Shown: piece after piece, positions 12,728-22,107 of the stretch
Layout: each line of letters begins with the position of its first letter
Numbering within the stretch: the first letter of the stretch is position 1
Origin: an uncultured Candidatus Obscuribacterales bacterium
GTDB taxonomy: Bacteria > Cyanobacteriota > Vampirovibrionia > Obscuribacterales > Obscuribacteraceae
Direction of reading: 5' to 3'
NCBI GenBank assembly: GCA_964572515.1
Contig: CAZNEW010000006.1
Span: 33,267 to 97,266 of the forward strand
Length of the DNA stretch: 64,000 nt
Made by a program: the position numbers and the translations under genes
The notes under the pieces: generated by a model
The model's input: the letters and a program-made list of their open reading frames with translations, nothing else
Databases searched by the model: none
Told to the model about the DNA's origin: nothing

Positions 12728-12883
12728 TTTTTGGTCCTCCCGCGAATCCCTTTTTCGCTTTCCATGTTTTCTTAGACGCATAGAGTGGACGAAATATCCC
12801 GACAATATATTAGAGATTTCTAATCCGAATGCTTAATTGCAGCTAAATACAGGTACGACAAATACAATCGTTTAAGTTTTAAA

Positions 12884-13963
12884 CTAGTTGGAGTCGTGTT
12901 GTATTAAATCAACCCCTGCAGATTTAGCTTCGACAACCAGATTAGTCACGAGATCTTGCACTGTGATCTTGCGTGCCAATTTTCCTGATTGACCACACCA
13001 CAAGTTGGTATATTCAATTTCGCCTTTTTGATTAGCTATCTTGCGAAAAGGCTTAGTGACCGAATTATGATATGGAAATGGAAGTAAATCAGAATTTTCA
13101 TTATCCCGCATAAACTGATTTGCCAATCCCCGTGCAGCGCCGCCAGAGAATGCTCGAGTTATCTTTGTCGAATCGGAATCATCAGAACAAATCGCATTCT
13201 TATAATTAACATGAATCGCACATTCGTCGACAGTCAAAAAGGCTGTTCCCATTTGCACAGCTGATGCGCCAAGTTTCAACGCCTCGGCTATGCCACGCCC
13301 ATTCATTATGCCACCAGCTGCAACAACTGGAATCGAAACACGCTTCACCACTTGTGGTATCAAATCAACAATAGGAGTCATGGACTTTCTATAGTCATCC
13401 ATAAAAGTCCCGCGATGCCCACCCGCTTCAGCACCTTGCGCACAAATGGCATGAACTCCAGTTTTTTCCAACGCAAAAGCTTCTTCAATATTAGTTGCTG
13501 TTCCAATTAATATGGTTCCATTCTTTTTAAATGTATCAATCCATTGTGGCGCAAGGATACCCAGGGTAAAAGAAAAAACTGGAACTTTTGCATCGAGTAT
13601 CACTTTTAATTGTTCTTCTGCATCTATTAGATTTAGAACTTCATCAATAGTTGGTGGCGCGACTTCGAACTTTTCATAATACGGCTCTAGATGCTTTATC
13701 GCCTGCTCAATCGATTCTCTTGATGGAGATTCAAGATCATTCAAAGCAAATAAATTTATAGCAAAAGGTTTTTGTGTAAGCGAACGAATTTTCTCTATTG
13801 CAGAATGGATATCTGATGGCGTCAAATATTGTGCACCAAGCGAGCCAAGAACTCCAGAATTGCTGCACGCTGCAACCAACGCAGGGCTGTCAGAGCCAGC
13901 CATCGGAGCCTGAATAATCGGATAATCAACTCCAAGCATCTTTTTAAAACTCAAGACGGGCAC
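12884..13963 (-). CDS. nitronate monooxygenase / FabK-like FMN-dependent oxidoreductase (NMO family)
   Basis: N-terminal YPIIQAPMAG and AAGGI...GASAVQMGTAF motifs typical of the 2-nitropropane dioxygenase family. Confidence 0.8.
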   Translation of the reverse strand: MPVLSFKKMLGVDYPIIQAPMAGSDSPALVAACSNSGVLGSLGAQYLTPSDIHSAIEKIRSLTQKPFAINLFALNDLESPSRESIEQAIKHLEPYYEKFEVAPPTIDEVLNLIDAEEQLKVILDAKVPVFSFTLGILAPQWIDTFKKNGTILIGTATNIEEAFALEKTGVHAICAQGAEAGGHRGTFMDDYRKSMTPIVDLIPQVVKRVSIPVVAAGGIMNGRGIAEALKLGASAVQMGTAFLTVDECAIHVNYKNAICSDDSDSTKITRAFSGGAARGLANQFMRDNENSDLLPFPYHNSVTKPFRKIANQKGEIEYTNLWCGQSGKLARKITVQDLVTNLVVEAKSAGVDLIQHDSN

Positions 13964-14586
13964 TCCAAAACACGAGTTGCACGTATTTTAGTAGCCTCGA
14001 TCAAACGTGCATTTGGCTGGTCTGTAGATTCTACCTTTGATTTTGCTGCTTGTTCTGATTTGCCACCATCCATATGCCGCTGTATCAAACGGGGCAAAAT
14101 AACTTCCATCGGACAATCGATAAACCATGATTGACTCAAATACTTTGTAATCTCGCTCCATGGCGACTGGTCAAGAAGCAAATAGTTTCCTTCCACTATA
14201 ACCAGCTTGTGCTGCGGCTTCACTTCAATATCGTCTGGAATCGATGCTTCAATTGAACGATCGAATCTTGGACAAAACACTGATTCGTTTTTGGTTTTGC
14301 AAATCTCGTCTAGCAATTTTACAAAGCTCTTCGAGTCGAAAGTATCAGGAATGCCCTTAAGCGGAAGCAATTTTATTTGAGCCAAGTATTCATTTGAAAA
14401 GTGAAAGCCATCCATTGGCACAACAATTGCAACTTCGCTATCATTTCGCTTGTTCATTTCACTACAAAGTTTAGACGCCAGTGTGCTTTTGCCAGCGCCA
14501 GGCGCACCCACGATTCCCAAAACAAACCGCTCGCCGGCTTCAACGGTATTCAATATTTGATAAAGGTCATCGCCTAATTTGGACAT
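13951..14586 (-). CDS. P-loop nucleoside/nucleotide kinase family protein (PRK/uridine-kinase-like)
   Basis: Walker A GIVGAPGAGKSTL, followed by VPMDGFH. Overlaps the downstream NMO gene by 13 nt (operon). Confidence 0.65.
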   Translation of the reverse strand: MSKLGDDLYQILNTVEAGERFVLGIVGAPGAGKSTLASKLCSEMNKRNDSEVAIVVPMDGFHFSNEYLAQIKLLPLKGIPDTFDSKSFVKLLDEICKTKNESVFCPRFDRSIEASIPDDIEVKPQHKLVIVEGNYLLLDQSPWSEITKYLSQSWFIDCPMEVILPRLIQRHMDGGKSEQAAKSKVESTDQPNARLIEATKIRATRVLECPS

Positions 14587-14734
14587 CCGAATTAACCATC
14601 AACGATAAGACGACGCGCTCCTAAAAGCTTGCCGGGAATTGTACTCCTAAATTCATATTCCAACACAGTTAATTCGATTACTGGGGGCACCCCTGTTAAA
14701 ATCGGAATATCGTTGTCAGGGAATTCACTACTCA

Positions 14735-15988
14735 ATGAAGCTCAAGCTTGCATTGGCGCTGTTATTTTTGGCTCAACCAGCATTTGCGCAGGATAGCCAA
14801 TTAGACCTCGATACGTCCAAATTTCCAGAGTGGATGATAGCCCCCGCCAAATATAAAGCAGACCAGATGGTTTATGCCGACTGGGAAAAGGTCCAATCTC
14901 AGGGCGCTAAAGCCTTTGAAGCGTTCGAATACGGCAAGGCAGAAACACTGCTCAAACAAGCCGTAGTAATGGCACAGGACATCGGACCAGGCGACATTCG
15001 CATAGCCAAGAGCCCTGGAGACCTGGGTCGCTTACTTGAAGTCAGGGGGCGCTTCGAAGAGGCAGAGCCATTGCTCGAGCAAGAGCTATACTTGAAAGAA
15101 CGGGCGATTGGACGAGACTATCCTAAGCTCATTCCAAACATGGAAGACTTGATTCGCTTCTACTTAATAAATGGAACCCGCGACAAAGCCGGTCCTTTGA
15201 CCGAAGACTTAATCAATTTCGTACAAGGCAAATTCCGCGAACAAGCAGATAAAGCTGAAGCCGAGACTAAATTGAAAAAAGGCTCGCCGCTCATAGGATG
15301 GGCTGGCACAGCTCAAATCGAAATGCGAGGACCGCTTCTTGACTGGTCGATTACTTGTGACAAGTTGGGCGACACTTACAGATATCTCGGCAAGCACGAT
15401 ATGGCAGAGAAGCTTTATAAAACGGCACTCGACGTCAAAGCGACAGTGCTAGGAAAAAGACACCTTTCGCTAGCAAATAGCTATGACAATCTTGGACGAG
15501 TTTGCATGAGCAAAGGCGAAAAAAAAGATGCCGAATCGTATTTTCTAGAATCGCTTTCAATTTCTCAAGAAGTACTTGAGAAGAATGATCCAGCCCTTTA
15601 TGGTCGAATGGACCGACTGGCAAAGTGTTATATCGAACAAAAAAAATTCGCCCAGGCAGAAGCCGTGTACAAACAGGCAATCGCGACTTTTGGTGGCAAC
15701 AAAGAATATTTGCAACGCGCTCTTTTTGGCTTAGGCTGCATGTATTCTGATCAAAAAAGATTCGGCGCTGCTTCTTCAGCTCTTGGTCGGGCTTTGTCGT
15801 TAGCACGAGAAACAAACGGCAGCTGCTCTATTCAACTGGTGCCATATTTACGAAGATACGCTTATGTAGCGTATTACAGTGGCGGCAAAGGCAGAATGCA
15901 GTCTCTGCACGCACAAGCCAACTATATTTCGCCCGAAGTAAAACCCCTTCAAGCAAACGCATCAATGGGCAAGTTTAAAGTGAAATAG
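14735..15988 (+). CDS. secreted TPR-repeat protein
   Basis: Signal peptide MKLKLALALLFLAQPAFA. Repeated TPR-like units (AEKLYKTALDV..., AESYFLESLSI..., AEAVYKQAIAT...). Confidence 0.7.
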   Translation: MKLKLALALLFLAQPAFAQDSQLDLDTSKFPEWMIAPAKYKADQMVYADWEKVQSQGAKAFEAFEYGKAETLLKQAVVMAQDIGPGDIRIAKSPGDLGRLLEVRGRFEEAEPLLEQELYLKERAIGRDYPKLIPNMEDLIRFYLINGTRDKAGPLTEDLINFVQGKFREQADKAEAETKLKKGSPLIGWAGTAQIEMRGPLLDWSITCDKLGDTYRYLGKHDMAEKLYKTALDVKATVLGKRHLSLANSYDNLGRVCMSKGEKKDAESYFLESLSISQEVLEKNDPALYGRMDRLAKCYIEQKKFAQAEAVYKQAIATFGGNKEYLQRALFGLGCMYSDQKRFGAASSALGRALSLARETNGSCSIQLVPYLRRYAYVAYYSGGKGRMQSLHAQANYISPEVKPLQANASMGKFKVK

Positions 15989-16002
15989 CTTACTAAAAAA
16001 AG

Positions 16003-17304
16003 ATGCTTTCGCTATTACTCATCTTTATTGCGTTAGTCGCTGTTACAGTAACAGTCTCAATTTACAAGGACACTCAAAGCAAAAAACCTGCTTCGAGCAG
16101 AGCAAATTTCACTTGGTCTTATGTCTTCATTGCAAGTGTATTCTTTTTTGTCTGTCGCGCTTTAACAATAGCAATCCCACTTCTCGTTCTGAGCCTCTGG
16201 ATGGCTATTCGAGCAAACCGTCTCAATATTGCTGGAATCAAATTTTGGCTTAAAACTCTGCCTTATACAGCTTTTCAGAATCACCCAAAAGTGATCGAAA
16301 TTTGCGACGAGGCTCTGCTTGGCGATACACGAGCACCTAACTTATACGCTATTGGTTATCGCTCTGCTTTAGAATTGCATGAATATGAAAAATGCCTTGA
16401 ATACTGCAACAGGCTTATACTTTTACTGCAAGAAGAACCAGATGCGTATCTACTAAGAAGCAAGGCGCATGCCAATTTGAAAAACTTCGAACAGTCACTT
16501 AGCGACCTGAACAAGGCGATATCCCTAGATCCAATCAGTGCCGATGTTTACAAATTCGAGCGAGCACGTTCAAAATATTTTCTGAAAGATTTTGATAGTG
16601 CCTTTCAAGACATAAATGACTTCAGTTCATCATCCTATTGTGATAGCTCGAACAGATATTTAGCCGACGCATTAAAAGCGCAATGTCTTTTCAAACTAAA
16701 TAAACAGCAAGAAGCGCTGAGTCTAATCGAAAACGCAATTGCTCTGGGCACGAGAACGCCGATCGATACTTACTACCACTTTATTGCCATACAAGCTGAA
16801 ATCTTGGTTTTCACCGGAGAATGGAATCGGTTAATCGAAGTTGCTTCCAAGACTTTAGAGCAGTGCTCGCTAGATAATCTGCTGATTTACAGAGCGCTCG
16901 CATACGCCGCCACAAATAATTTCGAGCTGGCAGAAAGAGATTTAATTACTCAAGAAAATTTGCCCGACCCATCTGCTGATTGGAAGCCTGTTGCCTTGGC
17001 TGTGAAAGCTTATATTGCAGTAAAAACAAACAAATTAGACGACGCCATCGAGCAATCGAAACAAGCAGTCGAATTAAACGACAGCCTCGAACTTCCACGC
17101 TTAGTACAAGCATACAGCTTGATAGAAAACGAAAAATTTGACCAAGCTCAAGAAGCGATAAATCAAATGCTCAAAGACTTTCCTAAACTTGGAGACGTAT
17201 ATCAGCTTCAAAGCCTGATCAACGAAAATTCGGGCGAAGAAAAAAGAAAATTAGATAATATGAAATTAGCTCTGACTTTCGGTCATTCAGAGCTGTTTCT
17301 TTAA
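16003..17304 (+). CDS. membrane-anchored TPR-repeat protein
   Basis: Two N-terminal TM helices, then multiple TPR-like repeats (AYLLRSKAHANLKNFEQSLSDLNKAISLDP). Confidence 0.7.
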   Translation: MLSLLLIFIALVAVTVTVSIYKDTQSKKPASSRANFTWSYVFIASVFFFVCRALTIAIPLLVLSLWMAIRANRLNIAGIKFWLKTLPYTAFQNHPKVIEICDEALLGDTRAPNLYAIGYRSALELHEYEKCLEYCNRLILLLQEEPDAYLLRSKAHANLKNFEQSLSDLNKAISLDPISADVYKFERARSKYFLKDFDSAFQDINDFSSSSYCDSSNRYLADALKAQCLFKLNKQQEALSLIENAIALGTRTPIDTYYHFIAIQAEILVFTGEWNRLIEVASKTLEQCSLDNLLIYRALAYAATNNFELAERDLITQENLPDPSADWKPVALAVKAYIAVKTNKLDDAIEQSKQAVELNDSLELPRLVQAYSLIENEKFDQAQEAINQMLKDFPKLGDVYQLQSLINENSGEEKRKLDNMKLALTFGHSELFL

Positions 17305-17419
17305 AATTTAAAACGCTGATTCAGCAAGCCTTTCCAGCCCTACCCTTAATGGCATTTTGATACCAGATACGGTATAATATTATCAAGTTTTAAAATCGCA
17401 TAAAAGCGCAAGGAGGACT

Positions 17420-17935
17420 ATGATTCACATCTTCCCCATTGAGCTTCGCTTTCTCACATCGTCATCGTGCTGCCTTTTGGCAGGTCGCAGCGATGGAGAC
17501 ATCGGAGCATATGATTTTGTTTTTCACACCGTAATAGACAATCTAGCCATCATGAGTAGAGCAAGTCAGGAATATATTTTTCTGACCAGACGAGACAAAT
17601 CAGCCGAAATACTGGAAAAAAGCATATTTGCATTGTGGAGGTTCAACCATCCCACAAAAGAAAAACCCAGCTTGACCCAAATCAAATCAATAATGTGGCG
17701 CGGCAAAGCAGAGAAAGCAAATCGCTGGGCAATCGCATTGCAATCAGTCGAAGCACACGAACAATTCGAGGTCATCCTTCCGGAAAAGGGATCGATTATG
17801 TGGGATATCTCCATGCTCGAAGATAAATTCAAACTTGAAAAGGAGGCAAGAGAATGTCTTGCAGACTCAATATTGCAATTCAATTCCGCTCAGATTTACA
17901 GCGGCCTGCCTTCACCATTTGTACTGAGACTCTAG
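17420..17935 (+). CDS. hypothetical protein
   Basis: 171-aa ORF with a strong SD (AAGGAGG) 5 nt upstream of the ATG. First gene of a two-gene cassette. Confidence 0.6.
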   Translation: MIHIFPIELRFLTSSSCCLLAGRSDGDIGAYDFVFHTVIDNLAIMSRASQEYIFLTRRDKSAEILEKSIFALWRFNHPTKEKPSLTQIKSIMWRGKAEKANRWAIALQSVEAHEQFEVILPEKGSIMWDISMLEDKFKLEKEARECLADSILQFNSAQIYSGLPSPFVLRL

Positions 17936-17947
17936 AGGTGATTCAAC

Positions 17948-18265
17948 ATGGTTAATCAAGACGACGGTCCCGATAGCAATTTAGAGGCACTTGCTAAAGC
18001 ACTGGGCGATTGTTATGTAGGCGGGCTTACTGATCCCCTACTGAGCAAAGAAAAGCGATTGGAAACGCTTTTAAAACTACCTGGTTCATGGTGCGCGAGC
18101 TGGACGCTTGTCAATCGGCATGCAAAATGCGTGGTGGTAGACGGCGAAACAGAAGATGGAATGGTAAATATTCGCGATCCTGAAAAAGGCTATCCCTACA
18201 TGATGGACAAAGAGGAATTCTGCAAGCACTGGAATGGACGTATCGCCAAACAAATCACTTCTTAA
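17948..18265 (+). CDS. small hypothetical protein with C39/papain-like His-Asp signature (tentative)
   Basis: SD GAGGTG upstream. HAKCVVVDGETEDGMVNIRDPEKG....EEFCKHWNG resembles the His...DP...F..W.G end of C39-type cysteine peptidase domains. Candidate Cys in ALGDCYVGG. Confidence 0.35.
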   Translation: MVNQDDGPDSNLEALAKALGDCYVGGLTDPLLSKEKRLETLLKLPGSWCASWTLVNRHAKCVVVDGETEDGMVNIRDPEKGYPYMMDKEEFCKHWNGRIAKQITS

Positions 18266-18327
18266 ATACTATTGCCGGGCAGGTTGTCAAAATGAAACAA
18301 TAGGCCTGCCCCGAGCAGGAATAAGCA

Positions 18328-19281
18328 ATGCCCGTAAAAAGCCCCACAAACGAGCTCAAACTTACACGCGTCTATAACCATCCGGTCAAAGATGTCTGGT
18401 CCGCCTGGACAGACCCCGACAAAGCGGCGTATTGGTGGGGACCGCGCGGGTTCAGTATAGAGACTCACAGTAAAGAGCTCAAACCCGATGGACACTGGCA
18501 TTACACAATGTTTGGACCTAACAAGGTCGAATACATAAACAAGACTCACTATTTAGAAGTCGAAGAGTTTAAAAAACTAGTTTACGACCATGGTGGCAAC
18601 GACGAGCAGAAGCCACTCTTTCGAGTAACAGTGCTCTTTTCTGAACACGATGGCAAAACGACCATGGATATGACCATGACTTTGCCCACCCCAGAAGCGG
18701 CTGAACAAACTCGCAAATTCGTCAAAGAAGCCGGCGGCGACTCCACTTGGGACAGACTTGCAGAGTATCTTGAAAAGAAAGCCAGCGACCGAGATTTATT
18801 CGTTCTCAATCGCTCATTCGATGTTTCAATCGAAAAAATGTTTGAAATGTGGACCGAGCCAAAACATCTTGCAAACTGGCTTGCACCAAAAGGATTCGAA
18901 ATGGAATTCTTCCGTTGTGATATCAAACCTGGTGGCAGCAGTTTTTCATGCATGAGCGGTCCTGGCGGCAAAAAAATGTACGGACGCTCCGACTATCTCA
19001 AAGTAGAAAAGCCCAACTTGATTCAGTACACACAACAATTTTGCGACGAAAACGAAAAAGTAACGCGTCATCCCATGGCACCAACATGGCCAGAAACGAT
19101 GCTCACAATCGTAGAACTAACTAAAGAAGATGCTCAGCAAACGCGCCTGACCATTACCTGGGAATGCCACGGCAACACGAGCGTGCCTGAACTAGCAACA
19201 TTCATACAAGCACGCAACGGCATGCACCAAGGCTGGACAGGCTCACTCGACAAACTCGAAGAGTATCTAGCTCAGCAATAA
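18328..19281 (+). CDS. tandem SRPBCC / AHSA1 (Activator of Hsp90 ATPase homolog 1-like) domain protein
   Basis: Two repeats of the AHSA1-type pattern (LTRVYNHPVKDVWSAWTDPDKAAYWWGPRGF; SFDVSIEKMFEMWTEPKHLANWLAPKGF). Confidence 0.75.
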   Translation: MPVKSPTNELKLTRVYNHPVKDVWSAWTDPDKAAYWWGPRGFSIETHSKELKPDGHWHYTMFGPNKVEYINKTHYLEVEEFKKLVYDHGGNDEQKPLFRVTVLFSEHDGKTTMDMTMTLPTPEAAEQTRKFVKEAGGDSTWDRLAEYLEKKASDRDLFVLNRSFDVSIEKMFEMWTEPKHLANWLAPKGFEMEFFRCDIKPGGSSFSCMSGPGGKKMYGRSDYLKVEKPNLIQYTQQFCDENEKVTRHPMAPTWPETMLTIVELTKEDAQQTRLTITWECHGNTSVPELATFIQARNGMHQGWTGSLDKLEEYLAQQ

Positions 19282-19294
19282 TTTCAGCCAAGTC

Positions 19295-19972
19295 TCAACG
19301 ATACTGATTAATCATTTCCTCGAAGCCGCTTTGCTCCATGGAAACTCGACCGTTATACAAGACTTCGTTGCTTCCAGACAAAATCACCAATCGCGGAATT
19401 GAACGTATTTGATATTGTTCAATCAATGGATCGTGTGAATCGAGATCGATTTGTTGGAAAGTAATGTCTCTGAATTTACCGCTATTTTTTGTTGCGTCAA
19501 ACACGGGCGCAAATCTTTTGCAGGGCGGTCACCAATCGGCGTAGAATTCAATTATCTTCTTAGCCTTACGACTAGACGAAACCTGGGACGGAGACCCGCT
19601 CGATGCTGCCTGCCCTGCGGCACCTTGTGACACAGATCCGCCAGAAGTCCGCGCTCCCGAAAGCTGGGAAAGAGCTTGTTGAGCCATTGGACTCAACTTG
19701 CCATCGCGCGAATTAACTACGAACTGATATTCTTGTTTGGCTTGGTCGATATGACCCAGTCTATGCTGACAAAGCCCTATGTAATAGTGAACGTAAGGAT
19801 TGCTTGGACTGCTAGCACTAAACGTTTTGAACATTGACAGTGCCGACTGATATTTTCCGGCTTTGTATTCGGCCACTGCGGATTCAAATGTCATGGGTGC
19901 AGCGCTGGCACTCACCTGACATACAAAGAAAAACGACGCAGCCATCAATAAATTTCGTATTTTTCGAGTCAA
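19295..19972 (-). CDS. secreted TPR + thioredoxin-fold protein with in-frame TGA at the first CXXC position (candidate selenoprotein W-U-P-P-C; alternatively a nonsense pseudogene)
   Basis: ORFs 19529..19972 and 19295..19504 are in the same frame. The joined sequence EFYADW-TGA-PPCKRFAPVFD...IRSIPRLVIL matches the thioredoxin active site and the cis-Pro region. TGA is at 19531-19529. Confidence 0.6.
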
Positions 19973-20078
19973 AGTTTACTCTCCCAAGCGAACCATTCGT
20001 ATTTTAGCCGATTTAATAGTGGTTTTAGCTTAAAACTTGAGGCTTTGTAGAGACCCAGGTTCCGGTTATCATTAGCTT

Positions 20079-20909
20079 ATGGAAAAGCAAAGCGCTGCCA
20101 CAAAATTGTTCAAATCGCCACTGCGTTACCCCGGCGGCAAACAAAAAGCGATTGCTCAAATATCGAAATTTTTGCCAAAAAATGCAGATGAATACCGCGA
20201 GCCTTTAGTTGGCGGAGGTAGCGTTTATTTCCATGCGCGTTCAATTGGTTTTGCTAAATCTTATTGGATCAACGATAAATTCAGAGAACTGATTTCATTC
20301 TGGCGCTCGGTACAAAATCCAAAAGCATGTTTGCGCTTGCAAAAAGAACTGGAGGCTATGCGCGAACAACTAGCTTCGGGCGATGAAATGAAAAGTTTTT
20401 TTGTGGAGGCACGCAAAGAAAATCCCGCAAACGAATATCGAGAAGCGTTGCTCTTTTTCTTTTTCAATCGTGTCACATTCTCGGGTACCACTCGCGCAGG
20501 CGGTTTTTCCAAACTGGCTAGTCAACGTCGTTTTACCGCATCATCAATCGAGCGCCTTACACCAATGCCTCTTGCTTTAGATGGAACACAAATTACTAAT
20601 TTTGGCTTTGAAGAAGTAATTCGCCACCCCGGACAAAATGTTTTCATTTTTATAGACCCACCTTATTACACAGCATCTCGTTTATATGGACCGGGAGGCA
20701 GTCTTCACGAGTTCGATCACGAATTGCTGGCAGACTGTTTGAAACAAACACAACACAAATTTTTGATCACATACGACGACTGCAATGAAATTCGCAAGCT
20801 CTATCGCTGGGCAAAAATCCAGAAGTGGTCCTTGCAATACGGCATGAATAACTGCAATACAGAACACACAAGTAAAATTGGCTCTGAAATTTTTATTTCG
20901 AACTACTAA
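20079..20909 (+). CDS. D12-class (Dam-family) N6-adenine DNA methyltransferase, orphan
   Basis: N-terminal PLRYPGGK motif and catalytic FIDPPYY (DPPY). No restriction enzyme candidate is adjacent. Confidence 0.8.
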   Translation: MEKQSAATKLFKSPLRYPGGKQKAIAQISKFLPKNADEYREPLVGGGSVYFHARSIGFAKSYWINDKFRELISFWRSVQNPKACLRLQKELEAMREQLASGDEMKSFFVEARKENPANEYREALLFFFFNRVTFSGTTRAGGFSKLASQRRFTASSIERLTPMPLALDGTQITNFGFEEVIRHPGQNVFIFIDPPYYTASRLYGPGGSLHEFDHELLADCLKQTQHKFLITYDDCNEIRKLYRWAKIQKWSLQYGMNNCNTEHTSKIGSEIFISNY

Positions 20910-22102
20910 ATTCGCGACTTACCAAACTCTAGATTTCGTTTCTTCATCCTGGTCGAAAGCTCTATTTTAAGCGCTTGCACACCTTTTGATTTTTTAGTTT
21001 CGAATTCTTTGAGATAATCGGCGACATCGATTTCTTCTGCAACACCAATTTCTGCAATGTCTGGCAAACGTAGTGAGATTTTTCCGAAAATGGCTTCTTC
21101 CAACAGATTTATGAGTTCAGCTGCATTTTCCTGAGTCAAATCTTCCTTGAAACTATGCTCGCCAATAGCCACAGTATGCGTGGCAAGGCGCAGCTCTTCA
21201 TAGTGTTCGCGGTCTTGGGGAGTCAATTCCAGATTAGAGCCATCAGCAAACTGGTTAAAAGCAAAACTGTTTCGCAAAATATGTAATTGCGACACCTGCC
21301 CTAAACTTGCGGACAACTCGATCTTCAGATATTCTTTTGAAATTTCGATTAACCGCTCACGCAGATTGGACAAACGCTCTTCGAGATCATTTGCTCGCTT
21401 GGTGACATTATGTCTGGTTTCAAGACGATCAAGTCCTTTCAATAGACAATTGCGAATTCTAGTGCTGACTGAAGATTCAGGCGTCGACTTGATCTCCAGA
21501 TACATCTCCAAACGAAGCAGCGTGTCGAGAAGATCGGTCCAGATATTTTTCGAAAATCTGTATTTCAATATCACAGGCAAAATATAAAGTGTTTTGCCGG
21601 GGTCTTCTTTCTTCAAATCTTTGCAAGCAGTGAGCGCCATTCGCTCTACACCGTCTTCAAGATTCATGAGATAGTCATTTTGATGACTGACTTCTCCTTC
21701 CGGAAAGATTACTAGTTTGTTCTCGTCTCCGGTCAATACTTCGTGTATGGTCTTGATAGACTGGATATCAGCAGCTCCTCTTTCAATAGAAAAGCATCCC
21801 AGCTTCTGCATCCATCTATATTTTCTGCTTTTATACGAACCGAATATCTCGCGCGCAGCAAGAAAATTGAAATTTTGTCTGACCAGACGCGACAGACCAA
21901 ACATCACATCGGGGTCCAATTTGTGCGAATGGTTGGGGCAGATTACTACGGTCTTACGCCTCAAGCGTTTGAAGGCGTCGTCCACTTCGTCAGACAACTC
22001 GATACGCAGGCGACCATATTTGAAAAGGACATAGAATGGCCAAAGTATTTTGACGAAAGTTATGATTGGATATGAAGTACGAGGTTTAACAAAATCGAGC
22101 AT
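20906..22102 (-). CDS. lysophospholipid/glycerol-phosphate acyltransferase family protein (PlsC-like)
   Basis: HX4D motif NHSHKLDP and FPEGEVS block. Start set at MLDFVKP (22102) to avoid a 49-nt overlap with the upstream GNAT gene. The ORF track extends to 22156. Confidence 0.7.
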   Translation of the reverse strand: MLDFVKPRTSYPIITFVKILWPFYVLFKYGRLRIELSDEVDDAFKRLRRKTVVICPNHSHKLDPDVMFGLSRLVRQNFNFLAAREIFGSYKSRKYRWMQKLGCFSIERGAADIQSIKTIHEVLTGDENKLVIFPEGEVSHQNDYLMNLEDGVERMALTACKDLKKEDPGKTLYILPVILKYRFSKNIWTDLLDTLLRLEMYLEIKSTPESSVSTRIRNCLLKGLDRLETRHNVTKRANDLEERLSNLRERLIEISKEYLKIELSASLGQVSQLHILRNSFAFNQFADGSNLELTPQDREHYEELRLATHTVAIGEHSFKEDLTQENAAELINLLEEAIFGKISLRLPDIAEIGVAEEIDVADYLKEFETKKSKGVQALKIELSTRMKKRNLEFGKSRI

Positions 22103-22107
22103 CAGTT

